Below, piece by piece: positions 43,805 to 54,502 of a DNA stretch of 64,000 nucleotides (positions are counted from its first letter, which is position 1; each line of letters starts with the position of its first letter). A program made the translations under genes and the position numbers. The stretch spans positions 136,150 to 200,149 of the forward strand of contig NIVC01002150.1 in assembly GCA_002269645.1 (NCBI GenBank). Reading direction: 5' to 3'. The stretch comes from Macrostomum lignano (lineage: Eukaryota). A model generated the notes under the pieces. The model had not been told where the DNA came from and searched no databases. It was given only the letters and a program-made list of their open reading frames with translations.

Positions 43805-45442
43805 ATGGTCCGCTGGGTCCCAATTCTCGCACTGCTGTGCGCCATCCTGCACGCTATGCGGCCCGTGACCGCGGCTGTGGATCAAACTCTGCAGCCGAAA
43901 GCTAAAGGGGCCGACGTGGTCCGAGCCACAGTTCGCAAGATCCGCAACAGCTGCATCTTTCCCAACGACTTAGGATTTCTATTGCGCGTCGCATATGTGG
44001 AGTCGAAATTCGGCCTCAACGCCAACACGTTTCGTTCCGACGCTGATGGTTTTGGCAAAGGCATCTGGCAGTTGGACAAAATCGGATTCGACGACACCAA
44101 ACTCGGAAGCAGTACAAAAAGAAACTTGGTGAAGGAGAAGTTCGGAATCGACTGGACAACTATGACATACGCATCCGCTAACATGAACGTGCCGCTCTAC
44201 AACGCTCTTGCTGCGCGACTGCTGCTCTCTCGAAAACCGGCCGCGATTCCATCTGGCATTGAAGCGCAGGCCAAATATTGGAAGACCTATTACAACAGTG
44301 GCGCTGGCAAAGGCTCTGTAGATAAATTTATCAGCGACGTCAAGAGCATACAGCCTTGCAGTACCGTTGGTGCCGACCTGCTATTCATCCTGGACGCTAG
44401 CGGCAGCATCGGATCCAGCAACTTTCAGCTCATGAAGCAGGTGCTGATTGCAGTTGCTAATAAATTAACGATAGGCCCCGCGGCTACGCAGGTAGCTGTG
44501 ATCACGTTTTCCAGCCGAATAAATGAGAAGATAGAATTTGGCCAACATTCAACACTGAGCTCTTTGACTTCGGCCATTAAAGCGTTGTCGTACACAAGCG
44601 GAGGCACGAACACGAATCTGGCATTGGATCTCGTCGGATCCACGTTCCAGTCTGCTAGACCTCTGAGGGAAGGCTTTCCCCGGCTGCTTATCGTGCTGAC
44701 AGACGGTGAATCGAATAACCCTGAAGCCACTCGCCTGGCTGCGAACAGACTGAATGCGTACAGCTGGCTTGAGCGCTACGCCGTTGGCATGGAATCGGAC
44801 GTAAATCATGATGAACTGGAAACCATCGCGTCATGCTCGCATGTTTATATTATAAAATCTGTCAGCGAGATCACCGGCCTGACGGACGATCTTTACGAGC
44901 TCGCCTGCCAATCGTCGGTTGCGCTGCCTACGGTCAATGCCGGCTTCGCAACCATGTCTGGAACGCTGCCGCCGGGCACGCCTCGGAATGTGCGCGACAC
45001 GGCGGTCTCTCGCGCTATCGGAAGAACCTACGCTCTGCAGGTGACTTCCGGTTGGGCTAATCTCTACGTGTCCCTCGGCATGGAGAACCCGAGCTCTGCT
45101 GTCAATGACTACTCAGCGGAGGCGACCCCAGGCCGATCGGCAGTCGTGTTTGTCAGCTCCGCAGACCTGGCAGCCTCATCTTCTCCGCTGAGCAGGCGCA
45201 AACGCGAGCTGTCCAGCAGCGGCAGCAACTCCAGTACGGCCGCCAACTCAAGTATCGTTTTGTACCTGTCGATTGTACCCAAAGAAGACAGCGGGTCGGT
45301 GACGTACACGCTTGAAGCCCGCGATGGCGACGCTCGCTCGCTTTATCCGAACTCAAACGCTGGCGGGCCAACACTGCTGCACTGGTCGAAGCTGGCTTTG
45401 CTCGTGGGCATGGCGATTGGCGTGGTCGCGGTTTTTGATTGA
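43805..45442 (+). CDS. Secreted, probably GPI-anchored protein of 545 aa: signal peptide + lysozyme-like domain + VWA domain + beta-rich domain + hydrophobic tail; single coding exon
   Basis: Signal MVRWVPILALLCAILHAMRPVTA. Lysozyme-fold motifs VAYVESKFG and GIWQLD, plus AKYWKTYYNSGAGKG. VWA with intact MIDAS (DASGS, GGTNT, LTDG). RRKR at 45194-45205. C-terminal NSNAGG + LALLVGMAIGVVAVF. Confidence 0.9.
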   Translation: MVRWVPILALLCAILHAMRPVTAAVDQTLQPKAKGADVVRATVRKIRNSCIFPNDLGFLLRVAYVESKFGLNANTFRSDADGFGKGIWQLDKIGFDDTKLGSSTKRNLVKEKFGIDWTTMTYASANMNVPLYNALAARLLLSRKPAAIPSGIEAQAKYWKTYYNSGAGKGSVDKFISDVKSIQPCSTVGADLLFILDASGSIGSSNFQLMKQVLIAVANKLTIGPAATQVAVITFSSRINEKIEFGQHSTLSSLTSAIKALSYTSGGTNTNLALDLVGSTFQSARPLREGFPRLLIVLTDGESNNPEATRLAANRLNAYSWLERYAVGMESDVNHDELETIASCSHVYIIKSVSEITGLTDDLYELACQSSVALPTVNAGFATMSGTLPPGTPRNVRDTAVSRAIGRTYALQVTSGWANLYVSLGMENPSSAVNDYSAEATPGRSAVVFVSSADLAASSSPLSRRKRELSSSGSNSSTAANSSIVLYLSIVPKEDSGSVTYTLEARDGDARSLYPNSNAGGPTLLHWSKLALLVGMAIGVVAVFD

Positions 45443-46115
45443 GTCGCTTCAACTGGAAACTGACAAGTGACGCTGTTTATTTCAAACTATAATTATTCCA
45501 GAAAAACTAGCCACGCCACACGCGTACTTCTATCGCAAACCAACACTATTTATTCCGAGATGCTATGCTTGTTATCCAGACTAAAACTTAACAGCAGGAG
45601 TAACAAAGAACTAACAAAAGTGCCATATTTTCATGTAGTTGATAGCGAGGGGTCAAATCAAGGCGACGACAAAAGGACGCACATGCACACAGATACGAGG
45701 TGCCTTGAAAGTACGCAGGCACGCGCTCACATCGGGTGTACAGCGGTCCTGTGACTGGCATAACAAGCATAACAAGGTGCTTAAATGTTTTTGCTTAAGC
45801 AAACTGCACAAATTCTAAAACGATGCTTTTCTACAAGTTTTCTCCTATTTAACTTTTTTTCTTTTTCAGCACTTCTCGAGAGTTACAAGCCTAATGTCTT
45901 CACGTGTAGTTCATATACATGAAGTACATTTTGTAAAACAAAAGTAAATATACGCAAACGCAGAATATATTCAAATTCTTTTATCGACATAAAAAATAAC
46001 AAAGCAAACTGTAACTCTAAATGAATTTTTCAAATTAAAAAAAGCAACAATGAATAAATATATGAATGAGTATTTTAAGAATGCATAGAAAGTGTTGCAC
46101 TTTACCAAATAATCC

Positions 46116-46853
46116 TTTCGATACATATCGGCAATCGATGGAAATAGACGCACTAGTGCACTTATACATGCCTGAGCAAAAAGAAAAAATGACTAACCTC
46201 GACTATGGAGAACAAGTTTAAATTATCATGTACCTTACACGCATTTATACATGCATATTACTGTTCTTAAATTAATTTAACATAGCATATTGCCAAAAAT
46301 CTCCTATGCAAGTCCTACATAAGGGTATTAAAAAATGCCAACTGGAAAAGACAATACTAATTAAGAGTTAAATTTACTTTCGATACATATCAGCAATAAA
46401 TAACTATGTTCCTTTCGCAGTACTGCACTTTGATGCAGGGAATGGAATTCGGACACTTGAATAGTTTTACCGCAAATCGCTGATAAGACAGCTTCTGTAA
46501 AGTGCGACAGGAAATATCTACTTTCGATACATATCGTCGCGTCATTTACCTATGTTAATTCTACACCCACGAGTAGGTCTTAACTGCTACATATAGATAC
46601 GATGTAATTTAGCTTACAATGACCGTCCGGAAAATCAATCTAAAATAGGATCTACAACTACTGTCTGAAAATTTCCAGAATAAATAATTTCGATACATAT
46701 CGGCGAGGAATAAAAATCGCCTCAATTTTATACTAGATGCTCACACACGCAATAGGTCCTGAAAATCAGACAGCAAAGTTGACTAACCGCCGTCAGAAAA
46801 AATTCCCTCCTAGTTTCGACTCTAAAAAGTTGACTTTCGATACATATCGGCAA
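46116..46853. repeat. Five copies of TTTCGATACATATCG(GCAA) separated by non-repetitive spacers
   Basis: Copies start at 46116, 46378, 46522, 46688 and 46835. Confidence 0.9.
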
Positions 46854-46879
46854 CAAATAAAAGTCGCCACTCCCTACAT

Positions 46880-47134
46880 CAGGGGCCGCGAAGCCTCTCT
46901 AAGACCCTTGGGTCCTTTGAAACTTCGCAATAGCAATCCAGCCTGCTGAAGGTTTGTGTCACTTCTCAGCTCTCTTCCCTCTAATATCCTCTCTCTTTTC
47001 TCTTCACTCGTCTCTCATTTATTTCGTCTCTCCTCTCTTATCTCTTCCCTCCCCTCTCTCTCCCACTCTGGCCAGCAGTCATGCGCCAGATTCTCTATCT
47101 GGCCCTTGAGGTACAGAAAGTTTGCCGACCCCTG
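46880..47134. mobile_element. Charlie-like hAT MITE immediately 3' of the STN1 stop codon
   Basis: Ends CAGGGG.. (46880) and GTTTGCCGACCCCTG (47120-47134). Flanks CCCTACAT/CCCTAAAC (6/8). CT-rich interior. Confidence 0.75.
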
Positions 47135-47136
47135 CC

Positions 47137-50100
47137 CTAAACGCACGCGTAGGTCCTGGGCGCTACGCAGATAATTTGACTGTCCTCCGCCATTCGGTCC
47201 AGCAGGCGGCGCAGCCCGGCCTCCGTCAGGCCCGGGTAGCAGCCGCGCCGCTCCCTCCGCAGCCGGCCCAGCAAGGCCAGCTCACTGACTCCGCCGCCGC
47301 TGCCCGTAGGAGCCGCCGCCGACGCCATCGACGCCGATGCTCCACCTCCTTCTGTTGAAGCGTCTCGCAGATGGCGCAGCGTCGCCACAATGTCCGCCCG
47401 AAGTCTCGAGTCGGCCTCGCACAGCTGGTACTGCTGGCGGCCAGTGTCCTCGCATAGCCAGGCCCGCAGCTGGCCGGATGCGACCAGCGGATCCAGCAGC
47501 CCCGACTTGATCGCCTGCTTGGTGCCAATCGACGACAGCCAGTTGGCGCTGAGCAGCAGATCCGGCAGAGTGAACTGGTGCAACCGGTGCGCGCGCAGGT
47601 GCTCAACCAGGCGCTCCTGAGACTGAGTCTCCTGGGAGATTGTGTTTTCGTTATTGAAACAGACTTTAAATCAGTTAGAGTTGCTTGTTTGGCGATAAAT
47701 TAAAATAGAAAACTGAGAATCTGAATTAAGGCTTCGACGTGTTATGAATTTCTGTACACTAAAGCCTAACCTCCTCTAACCTCAACACCCAGCTTATTTC
47801 TGTGTTTCATCAGAGAATACACTTACTGCATTTGTTACATTTTAATGTCGAAAAAGTTGCATAATAATGCCCGATACATACGGTACAGCCGGGGCGTCGC
47901 CACAAAGGGAAAGGGGACATGTCCATGTCTTCATGTCTTCAGGACGCCTAAATGAGTGCCTGCGGCGCCTAAATGAGTGCCTGCGGCGCTAAAATGAGTG
48001 CCTGCGGCGCCAAAATGAGTGCCTGCGGCGCTAAAATAAGTGCCTTCGGCGCCAAAATGAGTGCCTGCGGCGCTAAGAGCGCTAAAATGAGTGCCTGCGG
48101 CGCCTAAATGAGTGCCTGCGGCGCCTAAATGAGTGCCTGCGGCGCCAAAATGAGTGCCTGCGGCGCTAAAATGAGTGCCTGCGGCGCCAAAATGAGTGCC
48201 TGCGGCGCTAAGAGCGCTAAAATGAGTGCCTGCGGCGCCTAAATGAGTGCCTGCGGCGCCTAAATGAGTGCCTGCGGCGCCTAAATGAGTGCCTGCGGCG
48301 CCTAAATGAGTGCCTGCGGCGCCAAAATGAGTGCCTGCGGCGCTAAAATGAGTGCCTGCGGCGCCAAAATGAGTGCCTGCGGCGCCTAAATGAGTGCCTG
48401 CGGCGCCTAAATGAGTGCCTGCGGCGCCAAAATGAGTGCCTGCGGCGCTAAAATGAGTGCCTGCGGCGCCAAAATGAGTGCCTGCGGCGCCTAAATGAGT
48501 GGCTGCGGCGCCTAAATGAGTGCTAACAACACCAATTCCCAAAATAATGTAGGAATTTTGTCATGTAGAATTCCTGACATTGTCCCCCCATCATAAAAGC
48601 CGTTTTGATGGTTCCAGGCTAATCAGTAAATGTGACGAGGTTTTGTTCGAAATTTAAATTCATATTGGCTTCTCCGTTGCGTTAATTTCGGCCCTGTAAT
48701 CTGATTTGATAGCCTGTCTACTAACGGTAGTATATACCGGTATGGAGATACGCAGCTATACATGTGGGCGAGGTGGCATTGATCACAACGTTTTCGCATC
48801 TCTTTCACTCTGTAGCAACGGAAAAAGACTTAGGTTCGATTTTATTGAGAAGCCAATAATGCTGCAAGTATTGTATAAGCGAATGCAACTCAGCGGAAAC
48901 GCGTTCCACTTTCGCGCCTCTCTTAGTTCAATTCTCTCCTATTAGGGCTCGCCCCGAAGGCACAGAGCGTGTGTGCTGAATTGCCTTAGCGTTGGCGTTG
49001 TGACAGGATGCCCGCAACCCTCCTGCGAGCATTCATGTACATGTATATTTATCTACAGGCCGAGTTCTCACTCACCCGGTGCTTGGCCGCCTCAGCCAGG
49101 CGAACCTGCCTGCTCAGCCCGTCGGGCAGCCGCAGCCGCAGGCTGTAGCCAAACTGGCAGCTCGGATCGGCCAGCTGGGCCAGCCTGCTCAGCCTGAGCA
49201 GCTCCTCGCCAGGCTCGGCCACCCGATGATAGCCGCAGCTGAGCTCCCGGCTGCCGCGGAATTCCCGCACCAGGCCCCTGGCGTGCAGGCTGAGGCCCGG
49301 CCTGGGCGCCGGCTGGGCCGCCTCGGCCGCCTGCGTCTCCGCTAGCAGCAGCTCAGCCAGGCTGTCCTCAGCACCCAGCGTTGTCAGGCCGGCCAGCGCG
49401 GCTGTTGCGACGGCGCTGCTATCGCCGTAGGAACTGCCAGTCGTGGTTGCTATGGCAACCGCGTCGAGCTGCCTGGCCGCTCGGAAACTGTGCAGCGACG
49501 GCGGCGGCGGCTGCCGCGGCTTCCACAGGGTGCAGCCGATTGAGCCGGTACCGTCGTCAACTGCAAGGAGGAAGATGGGACGACTGCACTCAGATACTGG
49601 CAGTTTGGGAAGGGGGGCAGGGTATGATTCAGATAGGGCTGATGGCCAACTCCTAATCCTCAGTGAGTCGCTACGATCACATGACCCTTTAGTGAGTCGC
49701 TACGATCACATGACCCTTTAGTGAGTCGCTACGATCACATGACACTTTAGTGAGTCGCTACGATCACATGACACTTCAGTGAGTCGCACCTACCCTCAAT
49801 ATTTCAGTGAACCGCAACTATGCCAAGATGAATCAGGGAAGTCGCCACTATCCCCTGACACTAGTGGGCTGCCACTATTCCGGGACTCAAAAAGCAGCAA
49901 CTACACCAACTACTAACAAGTAGCATAACTACGAGTAGCAAAAAAGTATCTTTTACGGTAAATCCAAATTGAACGTGAGACAGGGCAGAGGTGTGCACTA
50001 TTATTGCTAATTATTAAAACTCAGCTGTGCGGGTGTGGCACAAAAACTTCGCTCACATCTGGTTTGGCCCACCGCCCCCCCCCCTAGTCCGCGCGAACTC

Positions 50101-52177
50101 ACCCAGGCACTTGAAGTAACCGTCAAACTCCGTAGCCGAACGGCACAGCCCGATGACGTCAAACTTTCTGACCAGCTTTCTGCCTACTCGATATGAGACT
50201 CCGCCGTCTATAGCGGGTAGATGGAGAGATGGAAAGAGATAGGAATTACATAATGAGTAAACAATTTTCTCTTAAAGCAAGCGGAGCTTTTAAAAAGAGC
50301 GCGGCGGAGGAAGAGACTGATATTTGGAGGGCAAGAAAACTTTTTGGAGAAGTACTTTTAACTTTCTAAGCTAGAGATAGTCAACAATAAGTAGCTGTTT
50401 GATAAGCTTGCTGAGCAGGTGAGATAGAGTGACAGCGGCGACAGGTAAAAGACTGGTAGATGGCGTAGAAGAGTAAGTGCGACAGGTAGAAGGTGTACAA
50501 GAGCAAGGAAGACAGGTAGAGGGCACAGAAGAGAGAGGGAGACAGGTAGAAGGCACAGAAGAGAGAGGGAGACAGGTAGATGACGCAGAAGAGAGAGGGA
50601 GACAGGTAGATGGTACAGAAGAGAGAGGGAGACAGGTAGATGGCACAGAAGAGAGAGGGAGACAGGTAGATGACGCAGAAGAGAGAGAGGGAGCCAGGTA
50701 GAAGGCACAGAAGAGAGAGGGAGACAGGTAGAGGGCACAAAAGAGAGGGAGACAGGTAGATGGCACAGAAGAGAGAGGGAGACAGGTAGATGGCACAGAA
50801 GAGAGAGGGAGACAGGTAGAGGGCACAGAAGAGAGAGGGAGACAGGTAGAGGGTACAGAAGAGAGAGGGAGACAGGTAGAGGGCACAGAAGAGAGAGGGA
50901 GACAGGTAGATGGCACAGAAGAGAGAGGGAGACAGGTAGAGGGTACAGAAGAGAGAGGGAGACAGGTAGATGGCACAGAAGAGAGAGGGAGACAGGTAGA
51001 AGGCACAGAAGAGAGAGGGAGACAGGTAGATGACGCAGAAGAGAGAGGGAGACAGGTAGATGGTACAGAAGAGAGAGGGAGACAGGTAGATGGCACAGAA
51101 GAGAGAGGGAGACAGGTAGATGACGCAGAAGAGAGAGAGGGAGCCAGGTAGAAGGCACAGAAGAGAGAGGGAGACAGGTAGAGGGCACAAAAGAGAGGGA
51201 GACAGGTAGATGGCACAGAAGAGAGAGGGAGACAGGTAGATGGCACAGAAGAGAGAGGGAGACAGGTAGAGGGCACAGAAGAGAGAGGGAGACAGGTAGA
51301 GGGTACAGAAGAGAGAGGGAGACAGGTAGAGGGCACAGAAGAGAGAGGGAGACAGGTAGATGGCACAGAAGAGAGAGGGAGACAGGTAGAGGGTACAGAA
51401 GAGAGAGGGAGACAGGTAGATGGCACAGAAGAGAGAGGGAGACAGGTAGAGGGCACAGAAGAGAGAGGGAGACAGGTAGATGGCACAGAAGAGAGAGGGA
51501 GACAGGTAGATGGCACAGAAGAGAGAGGGAGACAGGTAGAGGGCGCAGAAGAGAGAGGGAGACAGGTAGAGGGCACAGAAGAGAGAGGGAGACAGGTAGA
51601 TGGTACAGAAAGGAGAGGGAGACAGGTAGAGGGTACCGAAGAGAGAGGGAGACAGGTAGAGGGTACAGAAGAGAGAGGGAGACAGGTAGATGGCGCAGAA
51701 GAGAGGGAGACAGGTAGAGGGTACAGAAGAGAGAGGGAGACAGGTAGATGGCGCAGAAGAGAGGAAGACAGGTAGAGGGCACAGAAGAGAGAGGGAGACA
51801 AGTAAATGACGCAGAAGAGAGAGGGAGCCAGGTACATGGCGTAGAAGAGAGAGGGAGCCATGTAGAGGGCTTAGAAGAGACTGCTTGTCACGCCGGCTGC
51901 GGGTCAACTTTCGCCTCGATTTTCTATAGAGCCTAAAGCCCACACTGAAAGCTAAAAAGCGAAGAGACAGACGGATAGATGGCGCATAGAAACTAAAAAA
52001 AAACGAGCTAAAAAGTCTATAATGCCATTAGGCACGCCGCTAGCACTCACCGAGAGTGGACACAGCAGGTGCACTCAAGATGGCGCCAATGCAGACTGGC
52101 AGGTGCTGGCAGCAGGCTGGATCCAGCTGGGCCGCCTGCTGCTCCGCTGTAGGCTGGCCGTCATCGCCCAGCTGCAT
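47137..52177 (-). CDS. STN1: CST complex subunit STN1 (OBFC1), ~403 aa. Exons 52177-52051, 50207-50103, 49560-49076, 47631-47137
   Basis: N-terminal QLDP motif; OB fold KLVRKFDVIG..CL|VDDGTGSIGCTLW..LHARGLVREFRGSREL; C-terminal winged-helix-like region ending MAEDSQIICVAPRTYACV. Junctions are phase-consistent (1212 nt). RPA2 is the alternative, but the N-terminus and length favour STN1. Confidence 0.82.
47887..48620. mobile_element. Imperfect-TIR element (family of 26918-27171) with internal 21-bp minisatellite (AAATGAGTGCCTGCGGCGCCT, ~27 units, 47945-48520), STN1 intron 3
   Basis: Left GGGGCGTCGCCACAAAGGGAAAGGGGACATG matches the reverse complement of 27140-27171. The right end reverse-complements to ..CTTTTATGATGGGGGACAATG, like 26935-26960. 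Confidence 0.6.
49660..49790. repeat. 30-bp tandem repeat (TAGTGAGTCGCTACGATCACATGACCCTT) x4, STN1 intron 2
   Basis: Direct reading. Confidence 0.92.
50435..51880. repeat. 30-bp purine-rich minisatellite (GAGACAGGTAGATGGCACAGAAGAGAGAGG), ~48 units, STN1 intron 1
   Basis: Direct reading; source of three ~500-aa artefact ORFs. Confidence 0.97.
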
Positions 52178-54502
52178 TATGACAGTGCCGAGCAGGGCTG
52201 CAACTATAGGCAACGTAAACTGCCTAAATTCAATACAATCATCAGTATATCTCATAATTAGTCTCTACTGAAGTTGTTAGGCTGCGCTACAATGAGGCCC
52301 CCAGCTGTGATTCAGCTTGAGTATCTTAAAATTTATCGGTTACTTTCGAAATTGCGCCACTTGGCTCATTACCGTATAGGAAAGCTCGAATAAATGTGCA
52401 AAAAATAAACTTGCAAAGCTCGGTTTGATTTGGTATAATTCAAGGCTGCGAATTTCCGCTCAGATAACTTATTTGAATCATTCGAATTAATGGACAGATG
52501 ATGTTCGAAAAAGGCGTGTGTGGACAAATCGACTAAACGATTTCCCTTTTGTGCCGTCATTTAAGTTTCTTCCATAGACAATGAAGGCGTGGGGTGTAGA
52601 GGGATGAGTGAGTGGTTTTTGCCATAGACAGCTTGCGCTGTTGCACGTTTTTGTGGTGAAGGGAATTAAAAATCAAATAATTTAATTTGAGTTTCAATGG
52701 TAAAGACAGGCATTAGTAAAGATCAAATCGTTAGTCAATGGGAAAATCAATGTGGGACTCGAACAGAAGGTAATCTGCTAAGGTAATGATTAGGTATAGG
52801 ATAAAACATTATTTTTGAGGGAGCTATTTGTATAGAAATGAAAAAAGCTACCGAAAAAGACACGTTTATCTCATATCAAACATAGACGTAAAGATTTACG
52901 AGATTTACGAGAGTCTTTCAAAGTCTTGAAAGTCTTTAAAGCAATCCAGTTTCCGTAAGTAATTACGGTTTGTTATAGAATTGAAAGCATAGACGGGTCT
53001 CATCCACTGATAAAATTTTACATAATAGAACCAGAAGACAGGCAAAACCTGCTTCTGAAGTGCGCTCTCAAGAGATTGTGCACGAATAGAGTTTAATCAT
53101 GCAATTATAGACTTGTCTAATCCTGTCTCAGAGATTGACAGGCAAATCCTAAGTCTGTCCCTTCTACAAAAACAGCAATTATTGTCTCATTAAACGGCGC
53201 AGCGAAGGACAGAAAGAGAGCACAGCCCCGCTTGCGCTTGTTTACCCGCTTTCACTGTTGCTGCCCCAGCAATATATGCCCTGCCTGTCGTTATGAAAGC
53301 TTATTAGAGCTACAGGCCTGGAGTGTAGCGATAAAACTAAAATCCGTTGGTTGTCAGCCACGGAGAGAAAAATCTGGGTCGCACAGCAAGAAACCATCGC
53401 AGTGGCATTATTAGGCAGGGGCCAGAGGGAGGGGAGGCAGCGAGAAAGCGCTACTCTGACCCTCGCTGAGGCTCGCTTGCCAGCTAGTACGAGTAGAGCT
53501 GAGCAGACTCGCATTAGCAGCACGATTATGCAGATAAGGAGCACTGCATCAAAAAACAATGAGTTGTTGCGCTAAATTGTGCTTGTATTAGGCTCGTATA
53601 GAGATGCTTAGATGAGTACAGCAAGGGACTTTTATGCTAGAACCGACAACGTTTAACTAAATCTCAGCTGGTCTTAATTCAACTCATACTTGCAGCATTC
53701 CTTGTATAGAAAGAGAGACAGACAGACAAGGACCGACCAGAGTGTTTACTGCATGGCAAAAGAGTAACCCGAGACCCAGACAAACTGGTCGAAAAAGAAA
53801 CGAATGTCAGGGGGGCTTGTACGAACTATACTATTCTATTGAACACGAGGGTGAGAAAAAATCTACCGAAAATATACAATACTATTGGTTTACGAATAAC
53901 ACACACCCGTCAATTCCTAGAAAGAAAGCTAAGAATCGTAATACATATATAAACTTTTTCTGCCAAGGAGTTGAAACAGACAGTCACTAAACTTTCGCAA
54001 CATCACAGAACACAGAATTGAGATCAGTGCGTTAATTAACCTGGCTTCAACACTGGAATTCTATCGAATCGGCAAATGACAACGGGTAGGTGAAACGTGT
54101 TTACAATGGTCCAACTGCACCAGTGGTCGTTCTGATCTGATAGAATACGATATAATTGAAATAGGCCTTACCCACTGCAAGATGGCTAGGTGGTATGCAA
54201 CAGAACAGCCGTTGCAATAGCGCGGCGCATCCAAAGGCTGCGTACAGTTTTTACAGTGCTGAGACTGGGAAGTCGCAACTCCCAGCCTGTATTTATATGA
54301 GCTGCTTCTACCGCAGCTCAAATCTGCTATCCTATCACAGCAGAGTAAACTGGAGCTTAGATTAAGTTGCCACTCGTTCACGGTGGATGCTTTAAGGAAT
54401 GACAAAAGGCAATTCAGCTTGCATGATAACCATGACAAACTCTGCTTAACAAGTCCCGATTGCAACAAGACTTAAAAACCTATTTTAACCTTTTAATTGC
54501 AG

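Noticed and set aside
53232-54468. Short ORFs as upstream exons of the 456-aa ORF
   Set aside because: No convincing donor/acceptor pair in phase
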